Source: Candidatus Rokuibacteriota bacterium (GTDB lineage: Bacteria; Methylomirabilota; Methylomirabilia; Rokubacteriales; CSP1-6). From it: 52,090 bases of DNA. The notes beneath the pieces were generated by a model, which did no database searches, was not told the DNA's origin, and was given only the letters and a program-made list of their open reading frames with translations. The stretch spans positions 1-52,090 of the forward strand of contig JACPCH010000020.1 of the NCBI GenBank assembly GCA_016179875.1, in the 5' to 3' direction. Shown here piece after piece: positions 45,534-52,090 of this stretch; position 1 is the stretch's first letter; every line of letters begins with the position of its first letter. Position numbers and translations under genes: made by a program.

Positions 45534-46501
45534 CGCTCGGGCGCCGGCACCGCGACCTCGGCGAAGGCGCCCATCCGGCGGAACTTCTCGTGGCGCTCGG
45601 CGACGAGCGCCGCCGCCGGCCGGCCGGCCAGCCCCGCCAGCTCCCCGCGCAGCGCGACCCGGAGGTTGGCCGCGGCCGCGTCCCAGTCGCGGTGGGCGCC
45701 GCCGAGCGGCTCGGGCACGATGGCGTCGATCACCCCGAGCCTGAGGAGGTCCGGCGCCGTGATCTTCATGGACTCCGCCGCCTCGGGCGCCTTCGCCGCG
45801 TCGCCCCACAGGATCGCCGCGCAGCCCTCCGGCGAGATCACGGAGTAGATCGCGTACTCGAGCATCAGCACGCGGTTGCCCATGCCGATCGCCAGCGCGC
45901 CCCCGCTGCCGCCCTCGCCGGTGACGACGGCGACGATCGGCGTCGCCAGGGACGCCATGGCCCGGAGGTTCCGCGCGATCGCCTCGGCCTGGCCGCGCTC
46001 CTCCGCGCCGATCCCGGGATAGGCGCCGGGCGTATCGATGAAGGTGACCACGGGCTTGGCGAACTTCGCGGCCATCTCCATGAGGCGGAGCGCCTTGCGG
46101 TAGCCCTCGGGGTGCGGCATCCCGAAGTTGCGCGCGATCTTCTCGCGGGTGTCGCGCCCCTTCTGGTGGCCGATCACCACGACGCCCTGCCCCTCGAACC
46201 GCGTGAGGCCCCCGACCATCGCCGCGTCGTCGCCGAAGAGGCGGTCGCCGTGGAGCTCGACGAAGTCCTCGAACAGGAGCCGGATGAGGTCGTGGGTGTG
46301 CGGGCGCTTGGGGTGGCGCGCCAGCTGCGTGCGCTGCCAGGCCGTCAGGCTCGCATAGGTCTTCTGGCGCTGGCGGGCCAGCCGCTCCTCGAGCTTGGCG
46401 ATCTCCTCGCGCGCGCGCGGCGAGTCGTCCTCGGCCTGGAGCGCCGCGATCGTGTTCTCGAGCTCGAGCAGCGGCTGCTCGAAGTCAAGTCCGTCCGGCA
46501 T
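45530..46501 (-). CDS. accA: Acetyl-CoA carboxylase carboxyltransferase subunit alpha
   Basis: 323 aa. [11 protein letters not shown]..., [23 protein letters not shown], and [10 protein letters not shown]. Confidence 0.95.
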   Translation of the reverse strand: MPDGLDFEQPLLELENTIAALQAEDDSPRAREEIAKLEERLARQRQKTYASLTAWQRTQLARHPKRPHTHDLIRLLFEDFVELHGDRLFGDDAAMVGGLTRFEGQGVVVIGHQKGRDTREKIARNFGMPHPEGYRKALRLMEMAAKFAKPVVTFIDTPGAYPGIGAEERGQAEAIARNLRAMASLATPIVAVVTGEGGSGGALAIGMGNRVLMLEYAIYSVISPEGCAAILWGDAAKAPEAAESMKITAPDLLRLGVIDAIVPEPLGGAHRDWDAAAANLRVALRGELAGLAGRPAAALVAERHEKFRRMGAFAEVAVPAPER

Positions 46502-49500
46502 ATTCCACGCTCACGGCCCCCGGCCCGAGCAGGCCCTCGCCCTTGGCCACCAGCTCGGGCGTGCCGTCCACGCCGAATCCCCGCGCGCGCACGACGACCT
46601 CCTGCGCCCCGACCAGCAGGTGCAGGAAGACCGGGACCGGCCCGGGGTGCGCGGCGACGAGCTGCTTGACGGCGGCGAGCGTCGCGGCCGGGTCGTCGCC
46701 GGGCGCCAGGCGGATCCGGCAGGCGTTGGCCTCGCCGCCGCCGCCGTTCCGCGGCCGCCCGTCGGCCTCGCCGAGGGCCTGCTCGAGCAGCCGCACGTCC
46801 TCGGCGAGGACGACCCGGCCCTTGTCGCCGTCGTCCACCCGCCCGCGGACGAGGATCGCCTCGCGTGCCCGCAGGCACGCCGCCGCCGCCTTGAACGGCT
46901 CGGGGAACACGGTCACCTCGACGGCGCCGTCCATGTCCTCGAGCGTGAAGAACGCCATGCGGTTGCCGCTGCGGGTCTGCGTCTCCTTGAGGCCGGTCAC
47001 GTGGCCGAACACGAGCACGCGCGCCCCGTGGCCCTTCGTCGCGAGGTCGCCGGTCGTGGTGATGCCGAGCGTCTCGACGACGCCCCGGAAGCGCGCCAGC
47101 GGGTGCCCGGACACGTAGAAGCCGAGCACCTCCTTCTCGAACGCCAGCCGCTGGTCCTCGTCCCACTCGGGCACGAGGTCCACGGCCGCCGCCTTCGGCG
47201 CCGGCGGCGCCGCCGGCAGGAGCTCGAAGAACGACGCCTGGCCCTCGGCGCGGTCGCGCTGCTGGCGCTGGCCGCTCTCGAGCGCGGCGTCGGCCGCCCC
47301 GAAGAGGTGCGCGCGCGGCAGGCCGAGGGAATCGAAGGCGCCCGCCTTGACGAGGCTCTCGATCACCCGGCGGTTCACGAGGCGCAGGTCCACCCGGACG
47401 CAGAAGTCCTCGAGCGTCGTGAACGGCCCGGCCTCCGAGCGCGTCCGGAGGATGGACGCCATCGCCGCCTCGCCCACGTTCTTGATGGCGGCCAGGCCGA
47501 ACCGGATCGTGTCGCCGGCGACGCTGAACTGGATCGCCGAGACGTTCACGTCGGGCGGTTCGACGCGGATGCCCATCGCGCGGCATTCCTCGATGTACTT
47601 CACGATCTTGTCGGTGTCGCCCATTTCCGACGTGAGCAGCGCCGCCATGAACTCGACCGGGTAGTTGGCCTTGAAGTACGCGGTCTGGTACGCCACCAGC
47701 GCGTACGCCGCCGCGTGGGAATTGTGGACCGCGATGCCGTTGGCGATGAAGCTCCGCGCGCCGGGGACCTCGATGTCGTACGTCGGCTCGGCACCTTCCA
47801 GCGTGAAAGGCTCCGGCGGCACGCCGGCCAGCCTCACCGGATCATGCTTTTCGAGGACGGTGACGAGGTCGTCGACGGTCAGGTCTTCGGCGTTCACCCA
47901 CCCGCGCTGGGTGAAGATCGGGTGATCGGGCGTGCACCGCACGGCCATGCCGTTGGCGAGCGTCAGGCGGCCGACTCGTCGGACGCCGCTTGGCCGGACT
48001 CCCCGGGCGCGGAACGGACCGTCCTTGGTCTGCACACGATCGCCGTCACGGATCTCGACGATGGGCTTCCGGGTCCCATCGGCCATCTCGATCTCGGTGT
48101 CTCCGACGACACATTTGTTGAACCCGTAGCCCGCGAACTTCTCCATCAGCTCCCAGACGCGGTCGGCCTTGGCCCCCGGGATCGCGCGCTCGGCGCAGCC
48201 GGCGACGAACTTCTCGCGCTGCTTGGCCATGAGGTCGCGGTCCTTCTTGCCCATGGCGCGGCGGAGCGTGTCGGCCTCGCCCATGGTGAAGCCCGCCATC
48301 TCGGAGGCGATCTGCATGATCTGTTCCTGGTAGACCATGATCCCGTACGTCTCCCGCGTGAACTTCTCCATCGCGGGGTGCTCGTAGACGATCCGCGACC
48401 GGCCGTGCTTGCGGGCGATGAAGTCGGGGAGCAGGTCCATCGGGCCCGGCCGGTAGAGCGAGACCATGGCGATCACGTCTTCGAGGCGCTCGGGCCGGAG
48501 CCCGCGGAGCGCGTCGCGCATCCCGCTCGACTCCAGCTGGAACACGCCGAAGGTCTTGGCCTCCGCCAGCAGCTCGTAGGTCCGGGCGTCGTCGAGCGGG
48601 AGCGCGTCGAGGTTGAGCTCGAGCCCGCGCGACTCCTTGAGCAGCGCCACCGTGTTGGCCAGCACGGTCAGCGTCCGCAGCCCGAGGAAGTCCATCTTGA
48701 GCAGGCCGAGCTTCTCGATCGGGCCCATGGCGTAGCCCGTGATCAGCTCGGGCCGCTTCGGATCCTTGTAGAGCGGGATGTGCGCGTCGAGTGGTTCGTC
48801 GGAGATCACCACCGCCGAGGCGTGGACCGAGGCGTGCCGGGTGCAGCCCTCGAGCGTGCGCGCGATGTCCCAGAGCTCCTTGACGCTCGGCTGGCTCTTG
48901 ACCTGCTCGGCCAGCGGCGGCGACTTCTGGTAGGCGTCGTCGAGCGTGATGTTCAGCGGAAAGCTCGGCACCAGCTTGGCGATCCGGTCCACGTCGGCGT
49001 ACGCCATGCCGAGGACGCGGCCGACGTCGCGGATGGCGGCCTTCGCGCCGAGCGTCCCGAACGTGATGATGTGGGCGACCCGGTCGCGGCCGTATTTCCC
49101 GGCGACGTAACGGATGACCTCGTCGCGCCGGTCGTCGGCGAAGTCAATATCCATGTCGGGCATCGAAATCCGTTCCGGATTCAGGAACCGCTCGAAGAGG
49201 AGCCCGTAGCGCATCGGATCGACGTTCGTGATCCCCAGGCAGTACGCGGTCAGCGAGCCCGCCGCCGAGCCGCGCCCGGGGCCCACCGCGATCCCCTGCT
49301 GGCGGGCGTAGTGGATGAAGTCCCACACGACCAGGAAGTAGCCGGCGAAGCCCATCTTCTCGATGACGGCCAGCTCGTGGGCGAGCCGCGCCTCGACGGC
49401 GTCGCCCGGCGCCGGCCCATAGCGCCGCTGGAGCCCCGCCCGGGCGATCTCTTGAAGGTAGCTGTCGAGCGTGTGGCCCTCGGGCACGACGTAGCGCGGC

Positions 49501-50360
49501 AGGTGGAACGTGCCGAAGTCGAGCGTGAGGTTGCAGCGCTCGGCCACCGCCAGCGTGTTCCGGCAGGCCTCGGGCAGCTCGGCGAAGACCCGCGCCATCT
49601 CCTCGGCCGACTTCACGTAGAACTCCTGGGTCGAGAAGCGGAAGCGGCTCGGGTCGTTGAGCGTCGTGCCGGTCTGGATGCAGAGCAGCGCCTCGTGGGC
49701 CCGGCCGTGGCCCGCGTCGAGGTAATGCGAGTCATTGGTGCCGGCCACCGGCGCGCCGATCGCCTTGGCGATCGTGAGGGTCTCGGTGGTGACCCGCGCC
49801 TGCTCGTCGAGCCCGTGGGCCTGGACCTCCATGAAGTAGTGGTCCCGGCCGAAGACCTCCTGGTACCAGCCCGCGGTCTCGCGCGCGCGCGCCGCGTCGC
49901 CGGCCGAGAGCAGGCGCGAGACCTCGGAGTTGAGGCACCCGGAGAGCACCAGCAGGCCGTCGGCGTGCCGGGCCAGCAGCTCCCGGTCCACGCGCGGCTT
50001 GTAATAGAACCCCTCGAGGTAGGCCTTCGAGACGAGCTGGATGAGGTTCCGGTAGCCCGTGGCGTTCCGCACGAGCACGGTCAGGTGGTTCGCGCCCTCG
50101 TAGCCGCCGTCGTGTGAGCCGCGCTCGGCGCGCCCGCCGGGGGCGACGTAGAGCTCGCAGCCGAGGATCGGCTTGACGCCGGCCTTCTGGGCCGCCAGGT
50201 AGAAATCGATGGCGCCGAAGAGATTGCCGTGGTCGGTGAGCGCGATGGCCGGGAAGCGGAGCTCCCGGGCCTTGGCGACGAGCCCCTCGAGCTGGGCGGC
50301 GCCGTCGAGGAGGCTGTACTCCGAATGGACGTGGAGGTGGACGAACTCCGCGTGCTGCAT
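46485..50360 (-). CDS. dnaE: DNA polymerase III subunit alpha, interrupted by a mini-intein
   Basis: ATG at 50360 ([23 protein letters not shown] domain). 1291 aa including the 131-aa intein. The ORF-track extension to 50957 runs out of frame over guaA and was rejected. Confidence 0.95.
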   Translation of the reverse strand: MQHAEFVHLHVHSEYSLLDGAAQLEGLVAKARELRFPAIALTDHGNLFGAIDFYLAAQKAGVKPILGCELYVAPGGRAERGSHDGGYEGANHLTVLVRNATGYRNLIQLVSKAYLEGFYYKPRVDRELLARHADGLLVLSGCLNSEVSRLLSAGDAARARETAGWYQEVFGRDHYFMEVQAHGLDEQARVTTETLTIAKAIGAPVAGTNDSHYLDAGHGRAHEALLCIQTGTTLNDPSRFRFSTQEFYVKSAEEMARVFAELPEACRNTLAVAERCNLTLDFGTFHLPRYVVPEGHTLDSYLQEIARAGLQRRYGPAPGDAVEARLAHELAVIEKMGFAGYFLVVWDFIHYARQQGIAVGPGRGSAAGSLTAYCLGITNVDPMRYGLLFERFLNPERISMPDMDIDFADDRRDEVIRYVAGKYGRDRVAHIITFGTLGAKAAIRDVGRVLGMAYADVDRIAKLVPSFPLNITLDDAYQKSPPLAEQVKSQPSVKELWDIARTLEGCTRHASVHASAVVISDEPLDAHIPLYKDPKRPELITGYAMGPIEKLGLLKMDFLGLRTLTVLANTVALLKESRGLELNLDALPLDDARTYELLAEAKTFGVFQLESSGMRDALRGLRPERLEDVIAMVSLYRPGPMDLLPDFIARKHGRSRIVYEHPAMEKFTRETYGIMVYQEQIMQIASEMAGFTMGEADTLRRAMGKKDRDLMAKQREKFVAGCAERAIPGAKADRVWELMEKFAGYGFNKCVVGDTEIEMADGTRKPIVEIRDGDRVQTKDGPFRARGVRPSGVRRVGRLTLANGMAVRCTPDHPIFTQRGWVNAEDLTVDDLVTVLEKHDPVRLAGVPPEPFTLEGAEPTYDIEVPGARSFIANGIAVHNSHAAAYALVAYQTAYFKANYPVEFMAALLTSEMGDTDKIVKYIEECRAMGIRVEPPDVNVSAIQFSVAGDTIRFGLAAIKNVGEAAMASILRTRSEAGPFTTLEDFCVRVDLRLVNRRVIESLVKAGAFDSLGLPRAHLFGAADAALESGQRQQRDRAEGQASFFELLPAAPPAPKAAAVDLVPEWDEDQRLAFEKEVLGFYVSGHPLARFRGVVETLGITTTGDLATKGHGARVLVFGHVTGLKETQTRSGNRMAFFTLEDMDGAVEVTVFPEPFKAAAACLRAREAILVRGRVDDGDKGRVVLAEDVRLLEQALGEADGRPRNGGGGEANACRIRLAPGDDPAATLAAVKQLVAAHPGPVPVFLHLLVGAQEVVVRARGFGVDGTPELVAKGEGLLGPGAVSVEYAGRT
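47721..48113 (-). mobile_element. Mini-intein (131 aa, no homing-endonuclease domain) within DnaE
   Basis: ...[10 protein letters not shown]|[10 protein letters not shown]...TPDHPIF...[21 protein letters not shown]|[11 protein letters not shown].... Has Cys1, TxxH block B, block F, terminal HN and +1 Ser. Excision restores the conserved GYGFNKSHAAAY motif. Confidence 0.9.
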
Positions 50361-50371
50361 CCCGCGCCCGC

Positions 50372-51922
50372 TCACTCCCACTCGATCGTGGACGGGGGCT
50401 TGGACGAGATGTCGAACACGACGCGGTTGACGCCCTTCACCTCGTTGATGATCCGGTTGCTGATGCGCCCGAGCAGGTCGTACGGGAGCCGCGCCCAGTC
50501 GGCCGTCATCGCGTCCTGGCTCATCACCGCCCGCAGGGCGATCACGTGGGCGTAGGTCCGAAAGTCGCCCATGACGCCGACGGTGCGGATCGGCAGCAGC
50601 ACGGCGAAGGCCTGCCAGACCTCGCGCTCGAAGCCGGCCGCGCGCACCTCCTCCTGGACGATCGCGTCGGCCTCGCGCAGGATCTCGAGCCGCTCGGGCG
50701 TCACTTCGCCGAGCACGCGGATCGCGAGCCCCGGCCCCGGGAACGGCTGGCGCCAGACGATCTCGGGCGGGAGGCCCAGGAGCTCGCCGAGCCGGCGGAC
50801 CTCGTCCTTGAAGAGCTCCCGGAGCGGCTCGATGAGCTTGAACTGCATGCGCGTCGGCAGCCCGCCGACGTTGTGGTGGGTCTTGATCGTGGCCGAGGGC
50901 CCGCGGGAGGACACCGACTCGATGACGTCCGGGTAGAGGGTGCCCTGGGCGAGCCACGGGATGTCGCCGAGCCGGCGGGCCTCGTCCTCGAACACGGAGA
51001 TGAACTCGGCGCCGATCCGCTTGCGCTTGATCTCAGGGTCGGTGACGTTGTGTAAAACGTCGAGAAATCGCCGGGATGTCTCGACGTGGATCAGGTTGAT
51101 CTTGAAGGCGTCACGAAAGGTGTGCACGACCGATTCGGCCTCGCCCTTGCGGAGGAGCCCGTTGTCCACGAAGACGCACGTCAGCTGCTCGCCGATCGCC
51201 CGGTGGACGAGGACGGCGACGACCGAGGAGTCCACCCCGCCCGACAGCGCGCAGAGCACGCGCTGGCCGCCGACCTTCTCGCGGAGCGCGTCCACGGTGG
51301 TGTCGATGAACCCGGCCATGGACCAGGTGCGGCTCACGCCGCAGATGTCGAGGAAGTTGTCGAAGATCTTCCGGCCCTGCGGCGTGTGGACGACTTCCGG
51401 GTGGAACTGGACCGCGTAGAGCTTGCGCTGGTCGTCGGCCATCGCCGCGACCGGGCAGTTCGGCGTCGCCCCCAGCACGGTGAAGCCCTTGGGGGGGCGC
51501 AGGACGGTGTCGCCGTGGCTCATCCAGACCGTGACGCGGCCGCCGGCGTCGGGCTCGACGCCCCGCAGGAGCCGTCCCGCGCCCTGCAGCTCGACCTCGG
51601 CCTTGCCGTACTCGCGACGCTCGGCGGGCACGACGTGGCCGCCCAGCAGATACCCCATCACCTGCATGCCGTAGCAGATGCCGAGGACCGGGATGCCCGC
51701 CTCGAAGAGCGCCTTCGGCGGGAGCGGCGCGCCGTCCTCGTAGACGCTCGAGGGACCGCCCGAGAGGATGATGCCCTTCGGGCCCTGGGCCAGGATCGAC
51801 TCGAGCGGATGGGTGCAGGAGAAGATCTCGGAGAAGACGGACATCTCGCGGACGCGGCGGGCGATCAGCTGCGTGTACTGCCCGCCGAAGTCCAGGACCG
51901 CGATCTTGTCGGCCGCGCTCAC
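50372..51922 (-). CDS. guaA: GMP synthase (glutamine-hydrolysing)
   Basis: 516 aa with GTG start. GATase [23 protein letters not shown]-PPase SGGVDSSV, and C-terminal KPPSTIEWE. Confidence 0.97.
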   Translation of the reverse strand: MSAADKIAVLDFGGQYTQLIARRVREMSVFSEIFSCTHPLESILAQGPKGIILSGGPSSVYEDGAPLPPKALFEAGIPVLGICYGMQVMGYLLGGHVVPAERREYGKAEVELQGAGRLLRGVEPDAGGRVTVWMSHGDTVLRPPKGFTVLGATPNCPVAAMADDQRKLYAVQFHPEVVHTPQGRKIFDNFLDICGVSRTWSMAGFIDTTVDALREKVGGQRVLCALSGGVDSSVVAVLVHRAIGEQLTCVFVDNGLLRKGEAESVVHTFRDAFKINLIHVETSRRFLDVLHNVTDPEIKRKRIGAEFISVFEDEARRLGDIPWLAQGTLYPDVIESVSSRGPSATIKTHHNVGGLPTRMQFKLIEPLRELFKDEVRRLGELLGLPPEIVWRQPFPGPGLAIRVLGEVTPERLEILREADAIVQEEVRAAGFEREVWQAFAVLLPIRTVGVMGDFRTYAHVIALRAVMSQDAMTADWARLPYDLLGRISNRIINEVKGVNRVVFDISSKPPSTIEWE

Positions 51923-51934
51923 GGCCGCGCCCCG

Positions 51935-52090
51935 CTACCGCGGGCGCCCCAGCTTCTGAGCCTGCTGGAAGACCTTGCCTTCCGTCTTGATGGTCGGCGC
52001 GATGATCAGCTCCGTCTGCTGGAGCTCGCGGATGTTCCGGGCGCCCACCGAGCCCATGCAGGTCCGGATGGCGCCGACCAGGTTGAGCGT
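51935..52090 (-). CDS. GuaB3-like IMP dehydrogenase-family protein, C-terminal fragment (gene continues beyond the window)
   Basis: Reverse translation gives TLNLVGAIRTCMGSVGARNIRELQQTELIIAPTIKTEGKVFQQAQKLGRPR*. It resembles the C-terminus of CBS-less GuaB3-type IMPDH paralogues. Only 51 codons are visible. Confidence 0.5.
   Translation of the reverse strand, partial: TLNLVGAIRTCMGSVGARNIRELQQTELIIAPTIKTEGKVFQQAQKLGRPR

Noticed and set aside
46395-50117. 1240-aa + strand ORF covering almost all of dnaE on the opposite strand.
   Set aside because: It is antisense to a gene with full-length Pol III alpha similarity. The product is low-complexity (R/A/G/E/V/D/L-rich) with no motifs, so it is a high-GC shadow ORF.
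50361-50957. N-terminal 199-codon extension of the dnaE ORF in the track (start at 50957).
   Set aside because: The extension runs out of frame through the 3' end of guaA and is Arg/Pro-rich. The PHP-domain N-terminus [16 protein letters not shown] begins at the ATG at 50360, 11 nt after the guaA stop.

Overview
This is a very GC-rich (about 70% by eye), extremely gene-dense bacterial chromosome segment made almost entirely of core housekeeping genes. From 28 to about 38.3 kb every gene is on the + strand, and many genes are joined by ATGA/GTGA stop-start overlaps. In order, this stretch holds an LPS inner-core ADP-heptose cluster (two GT4 genes, gmhB, separate hldA and hldC, GT9, GT2), then trpS, scpA, scpB, rluB. 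Next come pheA-hisC-tyrA-aroA-(cmk::plsC fusion)-rpsA-sppA-ihfB, then HIT-mutS-mutL-miaA-hflX-pgsA, then a PDZ/radical-SAM DUF512 gene, der, DUF3047 and a SPOR protein. After these come ihfA, a MerR-like gene, tRNA-Pro, surE-pcm, a second tRNA-Pro, acyP-nlpD and an RpoS-like sigma factor, then tRNA-Arg. The + strand run ends with a more accessory-looking block: a Vgb-like propeller, a Rieske protein, a small secreted protein, and a zinc-ribbon/bactofilin/TPR triad. From 38.3 kb to the end most genes are on the - strand: a PaaA-like diiron protein, a receiver protein, GT4, a DUF151 nuclease, miaB, an archaeal-type FBP aldolase/phosphatase (divergent from a + strand SorC regulator), accA, dnaE, guaA and a partial GuaB3-like gene. 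I saw no CRISPR array, transposase, integrase or recognisable defence system. The most notable items are a 131-aa mini-intein in the GYGFNK/SHAAAY motif of DnaE, an unusually long but active-site-intact FBP aldolase/phosphatase homologue paired with a SorC/CggR-type regulator, a translationally coupled zinc-ribbon/bactofilin/TPR operon, a cmk-plsC gene fusion, and surE-pcm bracketed by two tRNA-Pro genes. Most long ORFs in the supplied track that are antisense or out of frame to these genes are high-GC artefacts. All family assignments come from motif recognition by eye and were not checked against any database.
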